From an uncultured Nitrospinota bacterium (GTDB lineage: Bacteria > Tectomicrobia > Entotheonellia > J063 > CAVPRW01): a DNA stretch of 64,000 bases. The stretch's first letter is position 1, and every line of letters begins with the position of its first letter. The stretch is taken from NCBI GenBank assembly GCA_963707985.1, contig CAVPRW010000046.1, positions 32,001 to 96,000 on the forward strand, given 5' to 3'. A program made the position numbers and the translations under genes. Shown here piece by piece: positions 11,053-20,333 of the stretch. The notes under the pieces are model-generated. The model ran no database searches. It was not told the origin of the DNA and worked only from the letters and a program-made list of their open reading frames with translations.

Positions 11053-12471
11053 ATGGCAACATCATACTTATCACCAGGCGTCTATGTCGAGGAAATACCC
11101 TCGGCCGTTAAGGCTATTGCGGGGGTCAGCACCAGCACCGCCGGTTTTATCGGCATCGTCCCGAACACGGTGGTCATTCCGGTCGAGTCCGTGACGGACC
11201 GCACCATCGGCACGGGAGATGGCATAGATACGACCTTCGACCTCCCGCAACATCCCGTGCTCACCGCGAGTGGCTCGTTTCAGATCAGGGTGAACGGGAC
11301 TCCAGTCTCCGCCACGCTAGCCGCCAACGCTGGGAATACTGCCACGACAGCGACGCTCGCGTCAGCCCCCGCCAGCGGAGCACGGGTTACTGCAGATTAC
11401 GTGGTCATCAACAATTTCTCGCTCCCCGCGGCGGCGGGCGAGGTGAAGCTGTGCACCAACTTCAGTGAGTATAAACGATCCTTTGGTGATTTCTCGACCG
11501 ACGCTGGTCAGCGCAATCTGACCCACGCGGTCTTCGGCTTCTTCAATAATGGTGGTAGTCGATGCTATGTCGCGCGGGTGACGGCGACGACCGGCATCCA
11601 GGGCGTCTTGGACAGGTTCGAAGCCATCGATGAGATTGCCATCGTGGCGGCGCCAGGCGTGACGGATGACAGTGTACGGAGTGCCATTGACACGCACTGC
11701 CGCCAGCGGACCCAGGACCGCTTCGCGATCTTCGATAGTGCGGAGGTAGTCGAGAGCGGTGGCAATCTCGACACCACATTGCTCGATCCGTCGAATGCGG
11801 CCAACGTCTTGCCGGATAACTCCGACTTTGCCGCTTTTTACTTCCCTTGGTTGCAGGTGTTCGATCCGGCTACCAAGATTCAGCATCCGACGGACACAGG
11901 ATTGCAGTTTGTGCCACCTAGTGGCCACGTCGCCGGCATCTATGCCCGCGTCGACACGCAGCGAGGAGTGCATAAGGCCCCGGCTAATGAGCCGGTGCTG
12001 GGGGCGCTCGGGCTGAAGTATGCGATCAGCAAATCACAGCAGGATGGATTGAACCCACAAGGCGTCAATTGCCTACGCGATCTCAATGGCAATATTCGCG
12101 TTTGGGGCGCGCGCACGCTCGGCGGTAATGCCAACGCCGATCTGAAGTACATTAATGTCCGCCGGACGTTGCTCTTCTTGCGTGAGTCGATTGACGAAGG
12201 CATGCAGTTCGTCGTCTTTGAACCCAACACACCAGCGCTCTGGCAGAAGATCGTGCGCAACGTGTCGGCATTCCTGACCAACGTCTGGCGTTCCGGGGCA
12301 CTATTCGGCGCGACCCCGCAGGAGGCCTTCTTCGTCAAATGCGATGCGGAACTGAATCCGCCGGAGGTGCGCGAGGTAGGGCAGGTGATTACCGAAATCG
12401 GCGTGGCCATCGTGCGGCCGGCTGAATTCGTCATTTTCCGCATTAGCCAATTCACCGCGGCCGGCAGTTAA
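11053..12471 (+). CDS. Contractile tail sheath protein 1
   Basis: YLSPGVYVEE, FFNNGGSRCYV, PPSGHVAGIYARVD, GVHKAPAN, VWGARTL, YINVRR, VFEPN, PAEFVIFRI. Confidence 0.96.
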   Translation: MATSYLSPGVYVEEIPSAVKAIAGVSTSTAGFIGIVPNTVVIPVESVTDRTIGTGDGIDTTFDLPQHPVLTASGSFQIRVNGTPVSATLAANAGNTATTATLASAPASGARVTADYVVINNFSLPAAAGEVKLCTNFSEYKRSFGDFSTDAGQRNLTHAVFGFFNNGGSRCYVARVTATTGIQGVLDRFEAIDEIAIVAAPGVTDDSVRSAIDTHCRQRTQDRFAIFDSAEVVESGGNLDTTLLDPSNAANVLPDNSDFAAFYFPWLQVFDPATKIQHPTDTGLQFVPPSGHVAGIYARVDTQRGVHKAPANEPVLGALGLKYAISKSQQDGLNPQGVNCLRDLNGNIRVWGARTLGGNANADLKYINVRRTLLFLRESIDEGMQFVVFEPNTPALWQKIVRNVSAFLTNVWRSGALFGATPQEAFFVKCDAELNPPEVREVGQVITEIGVAIVRPAEFVIFRISQFTAAGS

Positions 12472-12495
12472 GCCGCGGCGCGAGCGAGACCGACA

Positions 12496-13650
12496 ATGCC
12501 ACTAAGCTACAAGACCCCAGGTGTCTATCGGCAAGAGGTATTTCTCAAGCCGCAGACCGTTCTGCCGACGGGTGTGCCTGGTTTCGTTGGCTTTGCCAAC
12601 GAGGGTAGCCAAGGTGGACCGCCTGTGAATACACCACTCTCCCTGCACCGTAAGGAAGAATTCTCCGACCGCTTCGGTAGCCGCCCTGAGAGCTATTTGT
12701 CCGATGCGATCGCCGGGTTCTTCGATAATGGTGGTGTCCGCTGCTATGTGGTGCGTGCGGATCCGAGTGGCGATCCCGTGGCCGCCTTGCAACATGCCCT
12801 GGTGCCTCTGGCCGCGCTAATTGACCTCGATCTGGTGGTGGTGCCCGATGCGATGAGCTTGCACCGGCCGGATGGCCAGCCGGATGTTACCGCTATTGTG
12901 CAAGTGCAGCGGCAGATGCTCATCCATTGCGCCGAGCAAGGTGATCGGCTGGCTCTGCTGGATGCTGTGCCGGCAGGGACCACGGCGGCTGTGTTGACGC
13001 AACGTGACCAACTTGCAATCGGGCAGTCAGAGCCGGTCAATGGAGCGCTTTATCATCCCTGGTTGCGTATTGTCAGTGGGCGTCTGGTGCCTCCATGCGG
13101 ACAGGTCGCGGGCATTTTCGCACGCAGCGATGCCCGTGTCGGCGTTTTCAAGGCACCCGCGAACGAGGAGGTCGTCGGCGTTCTCGACCTGGAGACAGAC
13201 ATCGACACCAGCATCCAGGACCAACTCAATCCTGAAGGAGTCAACTGTCTACGGGCATTCCGTGGACGCGGCATTCGCGTCTGGGGCGCGCGCACCCTCA
13301 GCCGTGACCCCAACTGGCGGTATGTAAGCGTCCGGCGCCTCTTCCTGACCCTACGCCGCTGGATCGACCTGAATATGGCGTGGGCCACGTTCGAGCCGAA
13401 CGAGCCGCGTTTATGGGTGCGGATTCAGCGTGAATTGACCACCTATCTCACCAAACTGCTGCGTGACGGAGCGCTCAAGGGCCCCACGCCCGATCAGGCA
13501 TTTTATGTGAAATGCGATGCTGAGACCAATCCGCCGGACTTGCGGGAAGTCGGACAGGTGGTCACTGAAATCGGCTTGGCGCCACTCGCCCCAGCGGAAT
13601 TCATCATCGTGCGCATCATCCACCGTGCAGGTGCGACAGAAAACAGTTGA
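12496..13650 (+). CDS. Contractile tail sheath protein 2
   Basis: YKTPGVY, FFDNGGVRCYV, GVFKAPAN, VWGARTL, YVSVRR, FEPN, PAEFIIVRI. Confidence 0.95.
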   Translation: MPLSYKTPGVYRQEVFLKPQTVLPTGVPGFVGFANEGSQGGPPVNTPLSLHRKEEFSDRFGSRPESYLSDAIAGFFDNGGVRCYVVRADPSGDPVAALQHALVPLAALIDLDLVVVPDAMSLHRPDGQPDVTAIVQVQRQMLIHCAEQGDRLALLDAVPAGTTAAVLTQRDQLAIGQSEPVNGALYHPWLRIVSGRLVPPCGQVAGIFARSDARVGVFKAPANEEVVGVLDLETDIDTSIQDQLNPEGVNCLRAFRGRGIRVWGARTLSRDPNWRYVSVRRLFLTLRRWIDLNMAWATFEPNEPRLWVRIQRELTTYLTKLLRDGALKGPTPDQAFYVKCDAETNPPDLREVGQVVTEIGLAPLAPAEFIIVRIIHRAGATENS

Positions 13651-13734
13651 TCGAGTGCAGCAGAGGCGGCCAATGCCGCGTCTCCAGCAGTATCATGATG
13701 GTGCGTCGTCCTGAGATGCTAAGGGAGGAATGGT

Positions 13735-14169
13735 ATGGCGACCGGTAGTCGAACAGATCCCTATCGTGGTTTTAACTTTATGGTGGAACTCGATGGTATC
13801 ACCCAGGCCGGCTTTCAGGAGGTCAGCGGGCTAGATGCGAGCACTGATAGCGTCGATTATCGCGAGGGCACAGACCCCCTTCACGTGCGTAAGCTACCGG
13901 GGCTGAACAAGTTTACAGCGATCACACTCAAACGTGGTATTACCGATTCCGACGAGTTGTGGCAGTGGCGGCAGACGGTGATGGATGGCAAAGCCGAGCG
14001 TAAGAACGGCTCGATCATCCTGCTTGATGATACCGGCGCGGAAAAGATTCGCTGGAACTTCGCCAACGCCTGGCCCACCAAGTGGACCGGGCCATCGTTC
14101 AACTCCACCAGTACGGCAGTGGCGATCGAAACGTTGGAGATCACGCACGAGGAATTGAAGCGCGCTTGA
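13735..14169 (+). CDS. Tail tube protein (T4 gp19-like, Afp1/Pvc1)
   Basis: DPYRGFNF, FQEVSGL, YREG, ITLKRG, NAWPTKWTGP, AIETLEITHE; strong RBS AAGGGAGG. Confidence 0.96.
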   Translation: MATGSRTDPYRGFNFMVELDGITQAGFQEVSGLDASTDSVDYREGTDPLHVRKLPGLNKFTAITLKRGITDSDELWQWRQTVMDGKAERKNGSIILLDDTGAEKIRWNFANAWPTKWTGPSFNSTSTAVAIETLEITHEELKRA

Positions 14170-14239
14170 GCTGGAGCCGCTAATCACCGGTCATCGGTGC
14201 CGGCGCTGAGCCTTCAGCGGCGGAGCATCGGGAGTTGTC

Positions 14240-14617
14240 ATGTTGCAGACCGAATTCGCCTTTACATTGCCCCTGGGCTATGTGGATGCCGACGGCAACC
14301 TCCACAAAGAGGGGGTTATGCGTCTGGCGACCGCACTAGATGAAATCGCCCCGCTTCGCGACCCACGGGTGCACAATAACCCGGCCTATCTGCTGATCAT
14401 CCTGCTGTCACGTGTGATTACCCGGCTAGGCTCGCTGGAGCAGATCAATCCGAAGACGATCGAAGGGCTTTTCGCCGCTGATCTGGCCTATTTGCAGGAC
14501 GTTTACCGCCGGCTCAACGAGAATGGCCACAACCTGGTGCGTACACAATGCCCACATTGCTCGCAGTCGTTCGAACTGGAGCTCAGTAGCTTGGGGGGGC
14601 CTGGCGCTACCCCTTAG
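14240..14617 (+). CDS. Putative tail assembly chaperone
   Basis: LQTEFAFTLPLGYVD..G.LH.EG.MRLATA.DEI, DLAYLQD.Y, CPHC. Lies directly after the tube gene, the usual chaperone position. Confidence 0.82.
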   Translation: MLQTEFAFTLPLGYVDADGNLHKEGVMRLATALDEIAPLRDPRVHNNPAYLLIILLSRVITRLGSLEQINPKTIEGLFAADLAYLQDVYRRLNENGHNLVRTQCPHCSQSFELELSSLGGPGATP

Positions 14618-14775
14618 AGCGGCTCTATGAGGAGGTAGCGTATATTGCCTATCACTTTCACTGGCCGCACGAACAGATTCTGGCTCTGGAGCACCCCGAA
14701 CGCCAACGCTGGGTCGCGGAAATTGCCAAGATCAATCAGCGCTTCAATGAGCAGATGAGCCGCGTGGGTTCTTGA
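14593..14775 (+). CDS. DUF6760-like ORF with no start codon; probably expressed by -1 frameshift from the upstream chaperone
   Basis: Manual translation: GGAWRYPLERLYEEVAYIAYHFHWPHEQILALEHPERQRWVAEIAKINQRFNEQMSRVGS*. In-frame TAG at 14587 lies just upstream; G7 run at 14593-14599. Confidence 0.8.
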   Translation, partial: GGAWRYPLERLYEEVAYIAYHFHWPHEQILALEHPERQRWVAEIAKINQRFNEQMSRVGS

Positions 14776-14830
14776 CGCGAGCATTCGCTCTGTTCACCGG
14801 TTCGCTACGAGGGACACGACGCCAGAGGAG

Positions 14831-15385
14831 ATGCGTACCATGCCTGCATTAGGATTGAACGCCGCTTTCGGCCTCGTCACCAACCTGCTCGGCATTCGTG
14901 CCGACCCGTACCAGGTCTTCAACTTTCTCGTGGAGATCGAAGGCATTCTGGCTGGGGGCTTTTCCGAATGCAGCGGCCTGCAGGTGGAAACGGAGTTCTT
15001 CGATTACCGGGAAGGCGGGCTGAACGAATACGTGCACCGTTTCGTAGGACCCACCAAATATCCGGCACTCGTGCTGAAGCATGGCCTGACCCAAATCGAT
15101 GGGCTGTGGAGCTGGCATCAGGACGTGATCCAGGGTAAGGTTGAGCGCAAGAACGGCACGATTTACCTGCTCGATAAGCAGCGTCTGCCAGTCATGTGGT
15201 GGGACTTCAAGGAAGCCTTCCCGTTCAAGTGGACTGGGCCAGACCTGCGCGCTGATTCCGGCAACGTGGCGATTGAAAGCGTGGAACTGGCACATCGCGG
15301 CTTGAGCCGACCGGCGCTGGCCAATATCCTGGCGGGCATTGGGGCGGACATCAGTGGTTCGGTCGGTGCCTCTTTCGGGCTATAA
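14831..15385 (+). CDS. Second tail tube protein (Afp5/Pvc5-like)
   Basis: DPYQVFNFLVEI, FSECSGL, YREGG, LKHG, FPFKWTGP, AIESVELAH. Confidence 0.93.
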   Translation: MRTMPALGLNAAFGLVTNLLGIRADPYQVFNFLVEIEGILAGGFSECSGLQVETEFFDYREGGLNEYVHRFVGPTKYPALVLKHGLTQIDGLWSWHQDVIQGKVERKNGTIYLLDKQRLPVMWWDFKEAFPFKWTGPDLRADSGNVAIESVELAHRGLSRPALANILAGIGADISGSVGASFGL

Positions 15386-15388
15386 CGT

Positions 15389-17086
15389 ATGCGAGACTCT
15401 ACAGAGCCAATCGACACCTCCAAGAGCGACGCGCCGCCCCAGCTGGAGCTGGGCCAGCATCTGATGCGGCGGCATACCGAGCCCCTCGGCGTGATCGACG
15501 TGCGCCACCCACAGCAGCATTATGCGCGCACCGCCGGCTGGATCGCACAGCGTTTCGCGCTGCTCGAGCACTGGAAGACACGCTATGGAAGCGACGAAGA
15601 TCCGTCGACAGCAAACGCCGGCATGGTGTTCGCCGCGCTGTCGCCGACGGTAGCGCCAGGGACTGTCGTGCCGAGCCCCGCTCAGCTGGTGCGCGCCGCC
15701 ACAGAGTCGGTCGCGTCACCGCCGAGTGTCGCCTTCACAGCCGCATCCTCATCATCGCCCTCGCAATTTCGCGTCAGGCGCCGCGCCGCGCCACCGCCTG
15801 CACTGTTGCAGAGGCTGGCCTCGCCTGCCTCAGGGTTCGACTCCACCATACCTCCAGAGGTCAGCATGGCCACATCCGACAGCTCTGATATTGCTGCGCC
15901 GGATCGAACTGGGGAGCCCACGCGCCGTGCTGTAAGCTCTCCCCAGCATGGAGAAACTTCCCCGCCGACGCAACTTGCGGATGCATCGCCCTCTGGAAAC
16001 CTGGTTGGGGACAGCACTCGCGCCACGCCCCGCCGTGCGATGCCGTTGATTACAGATGTCGTGCCGGTGCACATAAGTCGCCAAGTGGGGCGCTCCGCAC
16101 CCTCTCCGCGCGGTGAGGTGCGGGGGGGTGAAATCCCCGATATGGCGTCCCCGGCTACACCAGCCCCATCCGCACTGATTTTACCGAAGCGCCTTCCCGG
16201 GGGTGTTGCGCCTGAGCCGGAGATGGTCGGAGAGCTCTCACGCAACCTCGAACATTCACCTCAGGACGAGACGGCTCTCCTCCCAACCATTGTCCCTAAT
16301 CAACCGCCTTCTGGAAGCCAGGTGGATGACAGCGCTAGCGTGACGCCCCGCCGTGCGCTGCCGTTGGCTGCGGCTGTCGCGCCGGAGCCGGTGAGTCGCC
16401 TGGAGGCGAGTTCTCTCCCACTGCCCCTGCAGATACAGCGGCAGGCCAGCCCGGCAACCACGGAGCTGGCGAGGGGGCAAGAAACCATGGGGCCAATAGT
16501 CGCTATGGCGACCGACCCAGTGCCGTTAGCTATGGGGAATACCGGACCGGCGCGCGAGCTTACCCGTCCGATGGTGGGGCGCTCAGCGTCTATCGTGACG
16601 GGGACTGCGGCGGCCACCGTTGCACCGGCAGTCGATTTCCCTCTGGTTCAGCGTCAAGCCGCAGACAGCATGCACTCTGCCGAATCAGTGCCTGGTGAGA
16701 TGGCAGAACGTCGACAGGCCAGGGCTACGGAAATTCGTGCCACCCCATCCGAGGCGCTGCAACCGACCATGACGTGGCGTCAGAGTGCTGGTGGAGTCTC
16801 GTCTGTGGGAATGTCAGGGGAAGGGACGGTTTATAGCGTGCCACGTCCTTTGCCTTTAGCCATCCATTCGCTGAGTCGGGGGGAAATGCCGGTGGCGCGT
16901 CAACCGATGACTGGTGAGTCAACCATGTCGACAACTAATGAGGACACGCAGCCGCCGGCGGAAACGCCGGTATCGGCGTTTCCGCCGGCCAACGAGATCG
17001 ATGTGGGGCATCTGGCCGCGCAGGTCAGCCGCTTGATTGCGCATCAATTGGTGATCGAGCGTGAGCGACGAGGAAGGGGCAGATGA
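15389..17086 (+). CDS. Pro/Ala/Ser-rich low-complexity eCIS protein (possible tape-measure or lumen protein)
   Basis: 565 aa, looks largely disordered; C-terminal IDVGHLAAQVSRLIAHQLVIERERRG motif of the type seen upstream of LysM baseplate genes; ATGA overlap with next gene. Confidence 0.7.
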   Translation: MRDSTEPIDTSKSDAPPQLELGQHLMRRHTEPLGVIDVRHPQQHYARTAGWIAQRFALLEHWKTRYGSDEDPSTANAGMVFAALSPTVAPGTVVPSPAQLVRAATESVASPPSVAFTAASSSSPSQFRVRRRAAPPPALLQRLASPASGFDSTIPPEVSMATSDSSDIAAPDRTGEPTRRAVSSPQHGETSPPTQLADASPSGNLVGDSTRATPRRAMPLITDVVPVHISRQVGRSAPSPRGEVRGGEIPDMASPATPAPSALILPKRLPGGVAPEPEMVGELSRNLEHSPQDETALLPTIVPNQPPSGSQVDDSASVTPRRALPLAAAVAPEPVSRLEASSLPLPLQIQRQASPATTELARGQETMGPIVAMATDPVPLAMGNTGPARELTRPMVGRSASIVTGTAAATVAPAVDFPLVQRQAADSMHSAESVPGEMAERRQARATEIRATPSEALQPTMTWRQSAGGVSSVGMSGEGTVYSVPRPLPLAIHSLSRGEMPVARQPMTGESTMSTTNEDTQPPAETPVSAFPPANEIDVGHLAAQVSRLIAHQLVIERERRGRGR

Positions 17087-17764
17087 TGCCAGACAAATTG
17101 GAGATCAGACCACTGCCGCCATCGGACTTTCAGCCAATCAATGTGATGTTTAATCCGAGCTCGTATTCGATTGCTAAATCGGTTCAGTGGGACCCCCCCC
17201 CACCGCCGATCCACTCGCCTGGAAAAAAGGAAGTAGCTCGCTCAGCGGAAATTGAATGCACCGACGTTGAAGTTTGGCGGTGGAAACAGCCGGCAACTCA
17301 CATTAGAGCTATTTTTCGATGTAACCGAGCCGGTCCTCGGCCAAAAAGATGTCCGAGACGAGACCAGCAAAATTGTCAAGCTCACGCGCATCGAGCGTAA
17401 GGTAGGTCGGCCGCCGAAGTGTCAAGTCTCCTGGGGGCACCGGGCGAATGACCCTGATTTTCCATTTGTCGGTGTGGTGAGTGATTTGCAGCAAAGATTT
17501 ACGCTGTTCTCAAGCGAAGGGATCCCGGTGCGCGCCACCTTGAACGTGACCTTCAAGGAAGTTCTGTCGCCGGAGGACGACCAGCGGGAAACCGATCCGG
17601 AGTTCACGACGCGTCTGGTCAAGCGCGGCGATTCCTTGAGCAGCATCGCTTCCGAAGTCTACCGCGATCCGACGCTATGGCGTGTGATCGCCGGAGCCAA
17701 CGCTCTGGACGATCCGCGCCATCTCCCGATCGGCCTGCGGCTGAATGTCCCTAAGCTGCGTTGA
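17083..17764 (+). CDS. LysM-containing baseplate/tube-initiator protein (Afp7-like), split by a frameshift near 17190-17250
   Basis: First frame gives VMFNPSSYSIAKSVQW; second frame gives QRKLNAPTLKFGGG..LTLELFFD..FTLFSSEGIPVRA and LysM VKRGDSLSSIA..YRDP..WRVIA..N. Confidence 0.85.
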
Positions 17765-17777
17765 AGGACAGAAAGCT

Positions 17778-18851
17778 ATGCCAGTTGCCAACCCTGACAA
17801 TCCCCTTGTGGCGGATTTCGATGTCATCATCAATGGCGCGCCGTTGCCGGTCGAGGCTGCGGCCTACGTCGCTGGCGTGTCGGTCGACGAGAGCATCGAT
17901 CTACCGAGCATGTTCACACTGGAGATGATCGGCTCGGATGCGCAAGAACAGACGATTCCGTGGATCGATGACCAGAAGCTGTTCGCCATTGGCAATGTGA
18001 TCGAAATCAAATTGGGCTATGTCGATGATTTGGAGACGTTGCTGATTGGGGAAATCACCGCATTGGAACCGGAATTCGTCTTCAACCGGTTGCCCGGTCT
18101 GACGGTGCGGGGCTATGACCGCCGCCACCGTTTGCAGCGAGGCCGCAAGACTCGCACCTTCGTGCAGCAAAAAGACAGCGACATCGCGGCGCAGATTGCC
18201 AGCGAAGCAGGATTGACCGCACAAGCCGAGGACAGCGGCACGGTCCATGATTATGTCCTGCAGGCCAATCAGACCGATCTGGAATTTCTGCACGAACGCG
18301 CCAGCCGCATCCAGTACGAGGTCATCGTCGAGGACAAGACGCTCTCCTTCCGACCGGTTGCAAACGCGCAAGGCGAGGTCCTTACCTTAACCATGGACGA
18401 CGATTTGCTGGAGTTTTACCCACGCCTCTCTTCCCTCGGACAGGTAAGCGAGGTGACGGTACGCAGTTGGAGTTCCAAGGATAAGAAAGAACTGATCAGT
18501 CAGGCGAAGGCGGGCGATGAAGTGTCGACGATGGGTGGCCAGCAAAGCGGTGCGGCGCTGGTTGAAGGTGCGTTCGGTGCAGCGATTGAGCAATGGAGCA
18601 CATATCCGGTGGCGACGCAGGCTGAGGCGGATCAGATGGCCAGGGCCCGCCTCAACGATCGGGTGCTGGAATTGATCTCTGGCGAAGGCGCCTGTTGGGG
18701 GCGTACGGATGTGCGCTCTGGCAAGGTCATCAAAATCGATGGCCTGGGGCAGCGCTTCAGCGGACAATACTATGTCACAGGGGTCATCCATCGCTATTCG
18801 TCCCAAGGCGGTTACGAAACGCACTTTACGGTGCGAAGGAATGCTTCATGA
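17778..18851 (+). CDS. Phage late control D / VgrG N-terminal hub protein (Afp8 N part)
   Basis: IKLGYV, GEITALEP, VRGYDRRHRLQRG, QANQTDLEFL.ERA, RFSGQYYVT. Confidence 0.9.
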   Translation: MPVANPDNPLVADFDVIINGAPLPVEAAAYVAGVSVDESIDLPSMFTLEMIGSDAQEQTIPWIDDQKLFAIGNVIEIKLGYVDDLETLLIGEITALEPEFVFNRLPGLTVRGYDRRHRLQRGRKTRTFVQQKDSDIAAQIASEAGLTAQAEDSGTVHDYVLQANQTDLEFLHERASRIQYEVIVEDKTLSFRPVANAQGEVLTLTMDDDLLEFYPRLSSLGQVSEVTVRSWSSKDKKELISQAKAGDEVSTMGGQQSGAALVEGAFGAAIEQWSTYPVATQAEADQMARARLNDRVLELISGEGACWGRTDVRSGKVIKIDGLGQRFSGQYYVTGVIHRYSSQGGYETHFTVRRNAS

Positions 18852-19495
18852 ATCTCCTCGATCTGTTGAGCGGCTCCGAAGAGGAAGCCAAACGTATGAG
18901 TCGCATCAGCGGGGTGGTGATCGGAGTGGTGACGAACAACAAAGATGACGAGGGGTTAGGCCGTGTCAAGGTGCGCTTCCCCTGGCTGAGCGCATCAGAT
19001 GAAAGCCAGTGGGCACGTATCGCTGCGCCGATGGCGGGCAAAGCGCGCGGCATCTACTTCCTGCCAGAAGTGGACGATGAGGTGCTGGTTGCCTTTGAGC
19101 ATGGCGATGTACGTTTCCCGTATGTCCTTGGGGCGCTCTGGAACGGCCAGGAGTTGCCGCCAGCGAGCAACGATGACGGCAAGAATAATCTGCGTGTCAT
19201 CAAGTCGCGCAGTGGGCATATTATCCGGCTCAACGACGAGGCCGGCAAAGAGACGATCGAGATCGTCGACAAGAGCGAAAAAAACAGCATCATCTTCGAC
19301 ACCTCCAGTAACACGATCACGATTACCGCCGACAAAGACATCACGCTCTCAGCGGCACAGGGCACCATCAAGCTCGACGCTCAGAAAATCGACATCACCT
19401 CTTCCGCCGATGCCAAGCTCGAAGCCGGAACCGGCATGGATATGAAAGCCGGCGCTGCGATGAATCTCAAAGGGGCGCCGGTCAACATCAATTGA
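18848..19495 (+). CDS. Baseplate assembly protein V / gp5-like spike (OB fold plus short beta-helix)
   Basis: GVVTNNKDDEGLGRVKVRFPWL, WARIA, FLPEVDDEVLVAFEHGD, IKSRSGH; ATGA overlap with upstream gene. Confidence 0.92.
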   Translation: MNLLDLLSGSEEEAKRMSRISGVVIGVVTNNKDDEGLGRVKVRFPWLSASDESQWARIAAPMAGKARGIYFLPEVDDEVLVAFEHGDVRFPYVLGALWNGQELPPASNDDGKNNLRVIKSRSGHIIRLNDEAGKETIEIVDKSEKNSIIFDTSSNTITITADKDITLSAAQGTIKLDAQKIDITSSADAKLEAGTGMDMKAGAAMNLKGAPVNIN

Positions 19496-19508
19496 AATGA
19501 GGGTAGCG

Positions 19509-19910
19509 ATGGGCCAACCCGCAGCCAAGCAAGGTGACCAGATCGTGGCGGTCGATACGCATATCGTCATGGTCCCCGCGCCACCCGGACCACCCGTGCC
19601 GACGCCGCTGCCGCATCCGTTCAGCGGCCTCATCAACGGCAATTTGAGCGCAGATGTGAACATTATGGGGCTGCCAGCTGCGACCGTCGACAGTACGGCA
19701 GATAATGCACCGGCGCACATTCCTACGCCGCCGGGCACGGCTTTTCAGAAGCCCCCGGCGAACAAAGCAACGATCAAGTTGGGTAGCGCGACGGTCAAGA
19801 TCAACGGCAAGATGGCGGCACGCCATGGCGATATGGCGCTGACGTGCAACGATCCGGCGGATCTGCCCAACGGTCAGATTTTCGCTGTCAGCACGGTGTT
19901 TATCGGCTGA
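19509..19910 (+). CDS. PAAR-domain spike tip protein
   Basis: PAAKQGD, PAATVDS, GSATVKINGKMAARHGD, STVFIG. Confidence 0.92.
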   Translation: MGQPAAKQGDQIVAVDTHIVMVPAPPGPPVPTPLPHPFSGLINGNLSADVNIMGLPAATVDSTADNAPAHIPTPPGTAFQKPPANKATIKLGSATVKINGKMAARHGDMALTCNDPADLPNGQIFAVSTVFIG

Positions 19911-19922
19911 AGCGGAGGCTCT

Positions 19923-20333
19923 ATGCCGAAGACATTTCTGGGTGTCGGGTGGAATTTCCCCATCACCGTCTATGCCACAGGTGAGAACGCTGGCAAGCTG
20001 CAGCTCGCCGCCTACGAAGAGAGTGTGCGCCAGGCGATCTGGATTATTCTCGGCACGGCCAAAGGCGAGCGTGTTATGACCCCGGAGTTCGGCTGTGGCA
20101 TTTACGATCTGGTCTTTGGGCTGAATTCTGCGTCGACCGCCGGGCGGATTTCCCAGGCCGTTCGCGAGGCATTGCTCCAGTTCGAACCGCGCATCGATGT
20201 ACGCGACATCCAGGTGCAATCACAGAATGGCGGCGAAGTATTGCTGATCAGCATCGACTACGAAGTACGCGCCACCAATAACGTCTTCAATCTGGTCTAT
20301 CCGTTCTACCTGGAGCGCAGCGCAAACCGATGA
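19923..20333 (+). CDS. GPW/gp25 baseplate protein (Afp9-like)
   Basis: FLGVGWNFP, ILGTAKGERVM.PEFGC, FEPRI, NLVYPFYL. Confidence 0.95.
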   Translation: MPKTFLGVGWNFPITVYATGENAGKLQLAAYEESVRQAIWIILGTAKGERVMTPEFGCGIYDLVFGLNSASTAGRISQAVREALLQFEPRIDVRDIQVQSQNGGEVLLISIDYEVRATNNVFNLVYPFYLERSANR

